Assembly (NCBI GenBank): GCA_963761335.1
Contig: CAVXGR010000021.1
Location: 242,395-306,394 of the forward strand
Source: an uncultured delta proteobacterium
Lineage (GTDB): Bacteria > Desulfobacterota > Binatia > HRBIN30 > BPIQ01
Length of the DNA stretch: 64,000 nt
Direction: 5' to 3'
In this document: positions 41,454 to 50,466 of the stretch, piece after piece
Layout of the letters: the number at the start of each line of letters is the position of its first letter
Numbering within the stretch: position 1 is the stretch's first letter
Translations under genes and position numbers: made by a program
The notes under the pieces: model-generated
Told to the model about the DNA's origin: nothing
Database searches by the model: none
What the model saw: only the letters and a program-made list of their open reading frames with translations

Positions 41454-43475
41454 ATGAGCCAGTTCACGTACACTTTGAAGAACGAAATCGCCTGGGTGAC
41501 CTTCGACTCGGGCGCCATGAACACCCTGTCCTCGGTGGCGATCAGCGACCTGAACACCCTCATCGCCGAGCTGCGCAAGGCGCACGCCTCGACGCCGCTC
41601 AAAGGTGTGATCCTGAAGGGCAACCGCTTCGGCCTCGGCGCCGGCGCCAACATCGGCGAGCTGATGAACGCCGACCGCGCCGCGCTCGGCGGCTTCATCG
41701 ACAAGGGCCACGAGACCCTCTACGCCATCGAGGAAGGTCCGTTTCCCTGGCTGGCGGTGGTCGACGGCTTCGCCCTCGGCGGCATCTACGAGCTGGCTCT
41801 CGCCTGCCGCGGCATCGTCGCCACGGAGCGCTCGACGATGGGATTTCCCGAGATCCGCCTCAACATCTTCCCGGGCCTCGGCGGCACGCAGCGCATGCCG
41901 CGGCGCAGCGGTCTGGTGAACAGCGACGATCCGATCAGCGGCGACGCCGGCTTCACCGCCATCCTCCAGGCAAAGAACTTCAAGGCGGCGCAGGCGGCGA
42001 AGATCCACATGATCGACGCAGTCATTCCGGAGGGACAGGACGTCGACGCGTTTGCCGAGCGCTTTCTCACCCAGGAGCTGCCCAAGATCGAGCGTCCGAC
42101 GCCGCCCGACCTCGCCAACGCCGAGTCGTTGAAGCCGATGGTGCTGCCGATGATCCAGAAGGCCACCATGGGCCGCCCGAATCCGCGCGCTCCGTACGTC
42201 GCCCTCGAGGTCATGATCAAGGGCGCCTCTCTGCCGCTGCGCGAGGCCAACAAGCTCGAGCGCGACGCCTTCCTCGAGGTGGTCACCTCCTCAGAGGGAA
42301 AGGCCGGCATGCGCTTCTTTTTCACCCAGCAGGCGGTGCAGAAGCTCCCCAAGAGCTTTCCCGGCAAGCCGAAGAAGCTGCAGAAGATCGGCGTCGACGG
42401 CGCCGACGGCTACATGGGCAACGCCATCGCCTGGCTGGCGCTCGAGGCCGGCTATCAGGTGGTCGGGCACGCGCCGCTCGAGCAGTTCGCCGCCTCCGTC
42501 CCCGAGAAGCTGCGCGCCAAGTACGGCCGCGCCCTGAAGAAGGGCAGCATGTCGGAGGCGGACGTCGCCAAGAAGGTCGGCAGCGTCAAGGTCAGCAGCG
42601 CCATCGAGGATCTCTTCGACTGCGACCTGGTCGTCGAGGCGCGCATGGAGAACCGCGAGATCAAGGCGGAGTTCTATCGAAAGCTCGGCGCCGGCATCAA
42701 GAAGGACGCGCTGGTGGCGTCGAACTCGAGCTCGATGGGACCCGGGCTGCTCGGCGGCTTCTTCTCCGAGGGCGGCGGCGACCGCCGCAACTTTCTCAAT
42801 CTCCACTTCTTCAGCCCCGCCGAGCACCCGATGATGCAGCTGGTGGAGATCATCGCCGGCAAAGAGACCAGCGCCGACAACGTCGCCACCGGACACGCCT
42901 TCACGCGCAGCATCAACAAGACCCCGGTGATTCTCCAGGATGGCTCCCCGGGATTTCTGGTGAACGCCGGGCTCGCCGTCTACTTCGAGGCCGCCGAGCA
43001 GATCTATCGCGAGGGGACGCCCATCGAGGTGATCGATACAGCCATCCGCAAGCACGTCCTGCCCATGGGTCCCTTCGAGCTCGGCGATCAGGCCGGCCTC
43101 GACATTGCCGCCGGCATGTTCGACACCATGGCGGCGGCGAAGCCGCCGGAACGCGAGCCGCTGGTGTGGAAGATGCGCGAGATCAAGCGCTTCGGCATCA
43201 AGACCGGTGCCGGCTACTACGACTACGAGAAGGGGGCCAAGAAGGGCGAGTGGCCGGGCCTCGCCGCCCTGGTTGCGGAGCGCGGCAGTCGCGTCGCCGG
43301 CGAGGAGGAGATCGTCGAGCGCTGCATGCGGGCGCTCTACGACAAGGTGCGGGAGCTCGTCGATCGCCACATCGTCGCCTCCGAGGAGGAGGCCGACCTG
43401 GCCTTCGTCTTCGGTATCGGCTTCGCCATGTATCTCGGCGGGCCGATCTTCTACGGCAAGATGCGCGGCTGGTGA
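41454..43475 (+). CDS. Enoyl-CoA hydratase / 3-hydroxyacyl-CoA dehydrogenase (FadB/FadJ-like)
   Basis: GAGANI, ALGGIYELALAC, PEIRLNIFPGLGGTQR, ASNSSS, LHFFSPA, PGFLVN, PMGPF. Confidence 0.9.
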   Translation: MSQFTYTLKNEIAWVTFDSGAMNTLSSVAISDLNTLIAELRKAHASTPLKGVILKGNRFGLGAGANIGELMNADRAALGGFIDKGHETLYAIEEGPFPWLAVVDGFALGGIYELALACRGIVATERSTMGFPEIRLNIFPGLGGTQRMPRRSGLVNSDDPISGDAGFTAILQAKNFKAAQAAKIHMIDAVIPEGQDVDAFAERFLTQELPKIERPTPPDLANAESLKPMVLPMIQKATMGRPNPRAPYVALEVMIKGASLPLREANKLERDAFLEVVTSSEGKAGMRFFFTQQAVQKLPKSFPGKPKKLQKIGVDGADGYMGNAIAWLALEAGYQVVGHAPLEQFAASVPEKLRAKYGRALKKGSMSEADVAKKVGSVKVSSAIEDLFDCDLVVEARMENREIKAEFYRKLGAGIKKDALVASNSSSMGPGLLGGFFSEGGGDRRNFLNLHFFSPAEHPMMQLVEIIAGKETSADNVATGHAFTRSINKTPVILQDGSPGFLVNAGLAVYFEAAEQIYREGTPIEVIDTAIRKHVLPMGPFELGDQAGLDIAAGMFDTMAAAKPPEREPLVWKMREIKRFGIKTGAGYYDYEKGAKKGEWPGLAALVAERGSRVAGEEEIVERCMRALYDKVRELVDRHIVASEEEADLAFVFGIGFAMYLGGPIFYGKMRGW

Positions 43476-43494
43476 GGCCGCTGCCCGGCCGCCT

Positions 43495-44667
43495 TCACGA
43501 GGCTTCGATGCGCCGCCCCAGCGGGAAGCGGGCGGTGCGCGGGTGCGCACGCGCCGGGCTGCGCAGAGCCCGCTCGTAGCTGTCGAGCAGCGTCGCCGTC
43601 GCCGCTTCCCAGCTGCGCAGCGAGCGGCTGCGCATTGCCTCCGCGCCCAGCCGGGCGCGCATCCCGGCGTCGCGCAGCAGCCGCTCGAGCTGCCGCGCCA
43701 GATCGATTGCCGAGCCGGGGCGGGCCAGCAGCCCATTGCGCTCCGGGATGATGAGATCGGCCAGCGCCCCGCTGCGCACCCCGACGGCGGGGATGCCCGA
43801 GGCAAAGGCCTCGCGCACGGCGCTGCCACAGGCCTCCACGGTGGAGGCGGTGGCGAAGACGTCCGCGGAGGCGTACCACCTTGCCAGCGCCTCGCCCGAC
43901 TGCTCGCCGGGCAGATGCGCGCCGGGAAGGCGGCGTGCGACCTCCTCGCGCAGCGGGCCGTCGCCGACGATCACCAGCTTGAAGGAGTTGCCCCAGCAGC
44001 TGAGCAGGTGCGCGGCGCGCACCAGGGTCCGCACCCCCTTCTCCGCCGCCAGTCGGCCGACGTAGAGGACCACCGGGCGGGTGCGCGCCGAGATCGCCTC
44101 GCGCAGCGCGGGATCTCGGCGCGTCGGTGAGAAATGGGGCACGTCGACGCCGCGCTCCCATAGCTCGAGGCGCTCGAAGCCGCGCCCGCGAAGCTCCTCG
44201 GCGGCGCTCGGTGAGGGAACGTAGGTGCTGAGACAGCGGCTGTGAAACCAGCGCAGATAGTGCCAGCCGGCGCGCTCCAGACGCTGATGACCGCGCTGGC
44301 GCAGGTGCAGCGGCCAGTGCGCGTGATAGCTCGATACCACCGGCAGGGCGCGCGCCCAGGCATAGCGCAGACCCGCCAGGCCGAGAGGGCCGTCGCTGGC
44401 GAGGTGCACGAGGGTCGGCCGAAACGGGTCGAGCGCCGCGGCCACTTCGCCGGGCAGCGGAAATCCGTTCCCCTGTCCCTCGCCGCCGCGCCAGCGGCGC
44501 ACCTGGTGCACCTTGTCTCGCCAATCCCGGGTCTCGTCGGGCCGATCGGGGCAGAGAAAGCGGAAATCGATGACGCGGTCCCTGAGAGCGTCGGCGGTTC
44601 GCGCCAGCGCGACGCTCACAGGGCCGCGGGCCGGGGGTAGCCAGTCCGTGAAATAGGCGATGCGCAT
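43495..44667 (-). CDS. Glycosyltransferase family 4 (GT-B)
   Basis: MRIAYFTD, RGVD..HFSP, YVGRLAAEKG, VGDGP, EACG..VREAFASG. Confidence 0.88.
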   Translation of the reverse strand: MRIAYFTDWLPPARGPVSVALARTADALRDRVIDFRFLCPDRPDETRDWRDKVHQVRRWRGGEGQGNGFPLPGEVAAALDPFRPTLVHLASDGPLGLAGLRYAWARALPVVSSYHAHWPLHLRQRGHQRLERAGWHYLRWFHSRCLSTYVPSPSAAEELRGRGFERLELWERGVDVPHFSPTRRDPALREAISARTRPVVLYVGRLAAEKGVRTLVRAAHLLSCWGNSFKLVIVGDGPLREEVARRLPGAHLPGEQSGEALARWYASADVFATASTVEACGSAVREAFASGIPAVGVRSGALADLIIPERNGLLARPGSAIDLARQLERLLRDAGMRARLGAEAMRSRSLRSWEAATATLLDSYERALRSPARAHPRTARFPLGRRIEAS

Positions 44668-44813
44668 GCCGCGGTCATCGATCATACTTGCGGCCATTGT
44701 AGCCGCCGGCTGTTGCGCCGCGGTGACAGGCAGGTGAAGAAGCGGTTGCACCTCGGCCCCGGCCGTTGACCCCCGGCCGCCATGCCGTAAGCTGGAGGCG
44801 ACGGAGGAGCGGC

Positions 44814-45395
44814 ATGGCAGAGACCCCCTCGACGATGGCACCGCTGGGTGTGACGGCCCCGGACTTTCGCTTGCCCGACACCAACGGCGAAGGCGCGCTC
44901 GTCAGCCGGGATGATTTCCGCGACGCGTCGGCACTGCTGGTCATGTTCATCTGCAACCACTGCCCGTTCGTGAAGCACATCCGCAGCGGTCTGGCGCAGC
45001 TCGGCCGCGACTACCAGGGACGCGGCCTGGCGATGGTGGCGGTGAACGCCAACGACGTCTCCAAGTACCCCGACGATCGCCCCGAGATGATGGCCGAGGA
45101 GGCCCGCTCGGTCGGTTACACCTTTCCGTATCTCTACGACGAGACTCAGGATGTGGCGCGCGCCTACCACGCCGCCTGCACGCCGGATTTCTTCCTCTTC
45201 GACGGCGATCGCCGCTTGGTCTACCGCGGCCAGTTCGACGACAGCCGCCCGGGCAATGACCGCCCGGTGACCGGCGCCGATCTGCGCGCCGCGATCGACG
45301 CCGTCCTCGCCGGACGGCGGATTCCCGCAGAGCAGAAGCCGAGCATCGGCTGCAGCATCAAGTGGAAGCCGGGAGTGGATCCGGGGTATTCCTGA
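44814..45395 (+). CDS. Thioredoxin-family (AhpC/TSA-like) protein
   Basis: APDFRLPD, FICNHCPFV, AACTPDFF, YRGQFDDSRP, SIGCSIKW. Confidence 0.9.
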   Translation: MAETPSTMAPLGVTAPDFRLPDTNGEGALVSRDDFRDASALLVMFICNHCPFVKHIRSGLAQLGRDYQGRGLAMVAVNANDVSKYPDDRPEMMAEEARSVGYTFPYLYDETQDVARAYHAACTPDFFLFDGDRRLVYRGQFDDSRPGNDRPVTGADLRAAIDAVLAGRRIPAEQKPSIGCSIKWKPGVDPGYS

Positions 45396-45453
45396 AGGGA
45401 TCGCGATTGAGCCGGTCTCCGTCGAACCCGTGTCCACCGGCGAGCGGGTCAAA

Positions 45454-45504
45454 GTAGAAGCGGCGTCTCGCCGCTTCGGGAAAGCGCCGGGACGGCGCTT
45501 CTAC
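45454..45504. repeat. GTAG-type REP doublet
   Basis: GTAGAAGCGGCGTCTCGCCGCTTCGGGAAAGCGCCGGGACGGCGCTTCTAC. Confidence 0.85.
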
Positions 45505-45576
45505 CTTTGCCATCGGGCCCTTTCCGCACGGGAGCTTTTGTGACATCAGAGCCGTGCTGGGCAAGGGAGGTTCGCG

Positions 45577-46050
45577 ATGGCGATCGAAGAAGGAAAGGCA
45601 GCACCGGCATTCACTCTGACCGATGCCGAGGGCAACAAGGTCTCGCTCAAGGACTTTGCGGGAAAGGACGTCGTCCTCTACTTCTATCCGAAGGACGACA
45701 CCCCGGGCTGCACCAAGGAGGCCTGCGGCTTCCGCGATCTGTGGAAGGACGTGAAGAAGAGCGGCGCCGTGGTCCTCGGCGTCTCCGCCGACAGCGCCGC
45801 CTCGCATCAGAAGTTCATCTCCAAGTACAAGCTGCCGTTCCCCCTGCTGTCGGACCCCGACCGCAAGGTGATGGAGAAATACGGCGCCTACGGCGAGAAG
45901 ATGATGTACGGCAAGAAGACCACGGGGGTGATCCGCTCCACCGTGTGGATCGGGCCCGACGGCAAGGTGAAGAAGCACTGGGCGCGCGTCGCGAACGCCG
46001 AGCAGCATCCGGCCAAGGTGCTGGAGGCGCTGCGCGCGCAGGGCGGCTGA
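45577..46050 (+). CDS. bcp: Thiol peroxidase, BCP/PrxQ family
   Basis: YFYPKDDTPGCTKEACGFRD. Confidence 0.93.
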   Translation: MAIEEGKAAPAFTLTDAEGNKVSLKDFAGKDVVLYFYPKDDTPGCTKEACGFRDLWKDVKKSGAVVLGVSADSAASHQKFISKYKLPFPLLSDPDRKVMEKYGAYGEKMMYGKKTTGVIRSTVWIGPDGKVKKHWARVANAEQHPAKVLEALRAQGG

Positions 46051-46058
46051 GGGCCGCG

Positions 46059-46784
46059 ATGCCGCAGAACGTCCCCGAGTTCCGCTTCACCGAACAGGCC
46101 CTCAAGCTGCGCCAGTACGTCTACGAGCACTGGTGTGCCCGCGGCCACGGGCCGAATCTGCGCGCCGCTCACGAGGCCACCGGCCTGTCGCGCGAGGAGA
46201 TCCTCGAGGCCTACGCCCAGCTCGACATGGGCATCATGTGCATCGTCGATCAGGAGACCCAGAACTTCAACCTGCTCAAGGCGCCGCCGTTCTCCAGCTA
46301 TCCCAGCCAGGCCGAGGTCCACGTCGACGGCCGCTTTCACTGCTACGCCGGCTGCGCCATGGAGTCGCTGGCCATCTGCATGATGCCGCCGTTCGCCGGC
46401 AAGGAGCTGCGCATCGAGGGGTACTGCGCCTGCTGCCTGGCGCCGGTTCAGGTGGTCACCCGGGACGGCGAGACACTCTCGTACGCGCCCGAGTCGTTGC
46501 GCATCCACGTGAGCCTGAGCCCGCGCGCCTGGAACAGGACGAACATCGTCTCCATGTGCGACGCCATGAACTTCGCAATCGACGCCGAGCACGCCGAGCG
46601 CTACGAGAAGAAGATCGGCCGCCGCGGCGTGCTCTTCAACATGGAGCAGGCGCGCCGCTTCATCACCGGCACCGGCAAGGCGCGCATGTGGCAATACGAA
46701 CGCCCGCCCGACTACATCCGGCCGCAGCGGATCATCGACGGCATCCGCGCCCTCGGCGTGGACGTCAGCGGCTGGGGCGAGTAG
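46059..46784 (+). CDS. Alkylmercury lyase (MerB)-like protein
   Basis: N-terminal HTH, APPFS..P, YAGCAMES, CACC, MCDAMNF; start at ATG 46059. Confidence 0.65.
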   Translation: MPQNVPEFRFTEQALKLRQYVYEHWCARGHGPNLRAAHEATGLSREEILEAYAQLDMGIMCIVDQETQNFNLLKAPPFSSYPSQAEVHVDGRFHCYAGCAMESLAICMMPPFAGKELRIEGYCACCLAPVQVVTRDGETLSYAPESLRIHVSLSPRAWNRTNIVSMCDAMNFAIDAEHAERYEKKIGRRGVLFNMEQARRFITGTGKARMWQYERPPDYIRPQRIIDGIRALGVDVSGWGE

Positions 46785-46798
46785 GAGGGCTGAAGACG

Positions 46799-47926
46799 AT
46801 GGAGTTCGGACTGTTTGTGCAGGCGCACCTGCCGCGCCATGAGATGGAGGCCGACCCGCTCCACGCGGAGCACCGCCGGCTGATGAACGAGCTCGAGCTG
46901 GCGGTGCATTGCGACGAGCACAACTGGAAGTACGTCTGGTCGACGGAGCACCATTTCCTCGAGGAGTACTCGCACCTCTCCGCCCCCGAGACCTTTCTCC
47001 CCTACGTCGCCGCACGCACCCGCCGGCTGCACGTCGGCTCGGCGATCTACAACATCACGCCGCCGGTGAACCATCCGGCGCGCATCGCCGAGCGGGTGGC
47101 CATGCTCGACCACCTGAGCGAGGGGCGTTTCGAGTTCGGCACCGGACGCGGCTCCTCGAGCACCGAGTTCAAGGGATTCGGCATTGCCGAGGGCGAGACC
47201 ACCCGGCAGATGTGGGACGAGTCGCTGCGCGAGATCCTGCGCATGTGGCGCGAGCCGCGCTACAGCTACCAGGGCAAGTATTTCTCCATGCCCGAACGCA
47301 ACGTTCTGCCGAAGCCCTACACGTTGCCGCATCCGCCGCTGTGGGTGGCCTGCGGTAGCCCCTCGACCTTCGAGAAGGCAGCGTGCCTCGGCCTCGGCGC
47401 GCTCTGCTTCAGCCTCGGCTCGCCGAAAGATTTCGAGCCGCTCATCCGCAAGTACAAGGACACCATCAAGCACGCCGAGCCGATCGGTGGCTACGTGAAC
47501 GACAACGTCGCCTGTGTGACCCAGCTCGTCTGCATGGAGGATCGCAAGAAGGCGCGGCAAGTGGCCATGCACATGGGCACCGGCTACCACACCAGCCTGG
47601 TGTTCCGTTACCTGGACACCTTCCCGCGACCGCCGCAGGTGCCGGCCTGGCCCAAGCTGATTCCGGAGCCGACTGCGGAGGATCTCGAGGCGCGCATCGA
47701 CTCCGGCCAGCGCATCGTCGGCGATCCCGACGAGTGCGCCCGCAACGTGCAGAAATACGTCGACGTCGGCTGCGATCAGATCATCTTCGGGCTGCTCGCC
47801 TCGACCCAGCCGATGGAGACCGCGCGCGGCTCGGTCGAGCTGTTCGGGAAGCACGTGGTCCCGCAGTTCGACAAGGATCCGGTGCACCGCACCACGCGCA
47901 TGCGCGAGGCCGCGGTTGCCGGCTGA
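46799..47926 (+). CDS. LLM-class flavin-dependent oxidoreductase
   Basis: MEFGLF, WSTEHHF, AERVAMLDHLSEGRFEFGTGRG, PKP...HPPLW. Confidence 0.9.
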   Translation: MEFGLFVQAHLPRHEMEADPLHAEHRRLMNELELAVHCDEHNWKYVWSTEHHFLEEYSHLSAPETFLPYVAARTRRLHVGSAIYNITPPVNHPARIAERVAMLDHLSEGRFEFGTGRGSSSTEFKGFGIAEGETTRQMWDESLREILRMWREPRYSYQGKYFSMPERNVLPKPYTLPHPPLWVACGSPSTFEKAACLGLGALCFSLGSPKDFEPLIRKYKDTIKHAEPIGGYVNDNVACVTQLVCMEDRKKARQVAMHMGTGYHTSLVFRYLDTFPRPPQVPAWPKLIPEPTAEDLEARIDSGQRIVGDPDECARNVQKYVDVGCDQIIFGLLASTQPMETARGSVELFGKHVVPQFDKDPVHRTTRMREAAVAG

Positions 47927-48872
47927 CGCGGTGCAGATCGTCCCCGCGGGGCAGATGGTCTTCGGCATGCAGATGCCGGTGACCGCGCAGAGCACGGTCT
48001 TCGTCGCTCCCTGGGAGAGCCGCGCCGGCACCGAGGAGATCCGCCGCGTGGCGCAGGCGTGCGACCGCGGCGGCTTCTTCTACCTCGGCGTCTCCGACCA
48101 CATCGCCGTGCCGCGCGACAAGGCGGCGGCGATGTCGACGGTGTGGTACGACACCGTCGCTACCCTCGGCTTCCTGGCGGCGGCCACCGAGCGCGTGCGG
48201 CTGCTGTCGTACGTGTACGTTCCCGCGTACCGCCACCCGCTGGCCACCGCCAAGGCGTTCGCCACGCTCGACGCCCTGTCCGGCGGCCGCGTCATCCTCG
48301 GAGTCGGCGCCGGCCACCTGGAGGGTGAGTTCGCCGCCCTCGGCATCGACTTCGCCGGCCGCGGGCGCCGGCTGGACGAGGCCATCGAGCTGATCGCCGC
48401 GGCTCTCGAGAGCGAGTACGTGGAGCACCATGGCGCCTGCTGGACGGTGCGCGAACTCGGCCAGCGACCGCGGCCCGTGCAGAGGCCGCGACCGCCGATC
48501 TGGGTGGGCGGCTCCAGCCGTGGTGCCCTGCGCCGGGCCGCCGAACGCGGTGACGGCTGGCTGCCGCAGGGCGTTCCGGAGATGGGCATGGCGGCCGCCA
48601 TCGCCTTCGTGCGCGAGCAGCGCCGCCGCGTCCGCGGCGAGGCGCCCATCGAGATCGGCATGAACAGCCCCTGGCTCTACGTCGGGGAGCCTTCCTTCGA
48701 TGTCGGTCCGAACACCCGCAGTGGCTCGCCCGAGGAGCTGGCTGCGGTCCTGCGCGGCATCAAGGCCCTCGGCGTGAGCCACTGCGGCGTCCGCTTTCGC
48801 AGCCGTTCGTGCGATGAGCTGGTGGAGCAGATCACCGGCTTCGCTTCCGAGGTCGCGCCGCTGGTGAGCTGA
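47916..48872 (+). CDS. LLM-class oxidoreductase, probably F420-dependent
   Basis: SDHIAVP, ATLDALSGGRVILGVGAG, PRPVQRPRPPIWVGG, GDGWLP. Confidence 0.85.
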   Translation: MPADAVQIVPAGQMVFGMQMPVTAQSTVFVAPWESRAGTEEIRRVAQACDRGGFFYLGVSDHIAVPRDKAAAMSTVWYDTVATLGFLAAATERVRLLSYVYVPAYRHPLATAKAFATLDALSGGRVILGVGAGHLEGEFAALGIDFAGRGRRLDEAIELIAAALESEYVEHHGACWTVRELGQRPRPVQRPRPPIWVGGSSRGALRRAAERGDGWLPQGVPEMGMAAAIAFVREQRRRVRGEAPIEIGMNSPWLYVGEPSFDVGPNTRSGSPEELAAVLRGIKALGVSHCGVRFRSRSCDELVEQITGFASEVAPLVS

Positions 48873-48890
48873 GCCCTGGGGGAGGATGCC

Positions 48891-49670
48891 ATGCTGCTGA
48901 AGAACCGCGTCGCCATCGTCTCCGGCATTGGCCCGGGAATGGGGCGCGACATATCGCTGGCTTTTGCACAGCAGGGCGCCGACCTGGTGCTGGCGGCGCG
49001 CCGTGCGGCGATGCTGGAGAGCGTCGCCGCCGAGGTGCGCTCGCTCGGGCGGCGCGCTCTCTGCGTGCCGACCGACATCTCCCGCCCGCAGGAGTGCGCC
49101 CGGCTCGCCGACGCCGCCGTCGCCGAGCTCGGCCGCATCGACGTGCTGGTGAACAACGCCTTCCTCGGCGGCAAGTACGTTCCCGTGGAGGAGGCGGAGA
49201 TGGACGATTGGCGGCGCGTCTTCGACGTGAACGTCTTCGGCGCCATCGCTCTCTCGCAGTCGGTCATCCGACACATGAAAGCGCAGGGCGGCGGCTCCAT
49301 CATCTTCATCAACTCGATGTCCATGCGCATCATCGAGCCGCGCTTCGGCGGCTACGCGGCCTCCAAGGGAGCGCTGATGACCGCGGCGCAGACGATGGCG
49401 AAGGAGCTCGGGGCGTTCAACATCCGGGTCAACTCGGTGGTCCCCGGCTACATCTGGGGACCGGCTCTGGAAGGGTACTTCCGCCAGCTGGCGCAACAAC
49501 GGGGAGTGTCGCCCGAGGACGTCTATGCCGAGATCGCCTCGCGCACCGCCCTCAACCGCATCCCCACTTCGGAGGAGATTTCCGGCGCGGTGGTGTTCTT
49601 CGCCTCCGAGCTCTCGCGGGCGGTCACCGGGCAGGCCCTCGACGTCAACGCCGGCCACTTCTTTCACTGA
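48891..49670 (+). CDS. Short-chain dehydrogenase/reductase
   Basis: SGIGPGMG, LVNNA, YAASK. Confidence 0.92.
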   Translation: MLLKNRVAIVSGIGPGMGRDISLAFAQQGADLVLAARRAAMLESVAAEVRSLGRRALCVPTDISRPQECARLADAAVAELGRIDVLVNNAFLGGKYVPVEEAEMDDWRRVFDVNVFGAIALSQSVIRHMKAQGGGSIIFINSMSMRIIEPRFGGYAASKGALMTAAQTMAKELGAFNIRVNSVVPGYIWGPALEGYFRQLAQQRGVSPEDVYAEIASRTALNRIPTSEEISGAVVFFASELSRAVTGQALDVNAGHFFH

Positions 49671-49771
49671 ATTTCCAGGCGTGGCGCATTCCGGCCGTTC
49701 AAATCTGTTCTCGGCCACCTTTTGTCGCTGGCGCCAGGTGTGTCCACTCGCGCGTGTTGTGGGCACATGCG

Positions 49772-49787
49772 CGGCTCACATTTTGCG
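49772..49787 (+). promoter_or_regulatory. Candidate sigma-54 promoter of the pilin gene
   Basis: CGGCTCACATTTTGCG fits GG-N10-GC with TTGC, about 50 bp before the ATG. Confidence 0.35.
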
Positions 49788-49836
49788 TGGGCTCGTCACG
49801 CAGCGAGGACGCGACGTGGGCCAACGAATTCGGAGA

Positions 49837-50241
49837 ATGCGGAGTCACATATCAGAGGCAATCGAGTCGCCGGCGGGAGCCAGAGGTTTCACGCTGATCG
49901 AGCTGATGCTGGTGATGGTGCTGATCGCGGTGCTGTCCGCCATCGCCACCCAGTACTACTTCGGCTACCGGGCGACGGCCTTCGATGCCCGCGCCATGCA
50001 CGATCTCGGCAACGCGGCGATTGCGCAGGAGGCCTACTACGCGACCAACTTCAGCTACGTCGACTTCGAGTCGACGGGGCCGGCGGTGCTCTCCGTTCCC
50101 GGCATGGTGGTCTCGGATACGGTCACCATCAAGGGCGAGGCGCTGACCCCGCAGCGCTACACCTTGACCGCCACGTCGAGCCGCGGCTCCGGAAGGACCT
50201 TCGCCTTCGACAGCTCCACCGGCGCCATCACCTCGCAGTGA
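49837..50241 (+). CDS. Type IV pilin / prepilin-type N-terminal cleavage protein
   Basis: RG|FTLIELMLVMVLIAVLSAIA class III signal with E5; 117-aa mature chain. Confidence 0.9.
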   Translation: MRSHISEAIESPAGARGFTLIELMLVMVLIAVLSAIATQYYFGYRATAFDARAMHDLGNAAIAQEAYYATNFSYVDFESTGPAVLSVPGMVVSDTVTIKGEALTPQRYTLTATSSRGSGRTFAFDSSTGAITSQ

Positions 50242-50266
50242 GTCAGAGGGCCCGACGGGAAGCCAA

Positions 50267-50399
50267 GTAGAAGCGCCGCCCCGGCGCTTCCCGAAGCGGC
50301 GAGACGCCGCTTCTACCCTGCCTGCGGGCCGGCGGACCTGGCTCGCGCTGGTCCGGCCGAGCCACCGATGCACCCAGCCGCTGAGCCACCGAGCCACTG
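50267..50399. repeat. GTAG REP doublet (50267-50316) followed by an 8-bp-period array
   Basis: GTAGAAGCGCCGCCCCGGCGCTTCCCGAAGCGGCGAGACGCCGCTTCTAC; CCGAGCCACCG...GAGCCACCGAGCCAC. Confidence 0.8.
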
Positions 50400-50466
50400 G
50401 AACCGAACAACCCGGCCGGGGCCACTCATCTTCCTCTCACACTCGATCTCGAATATTGGCACGCCT

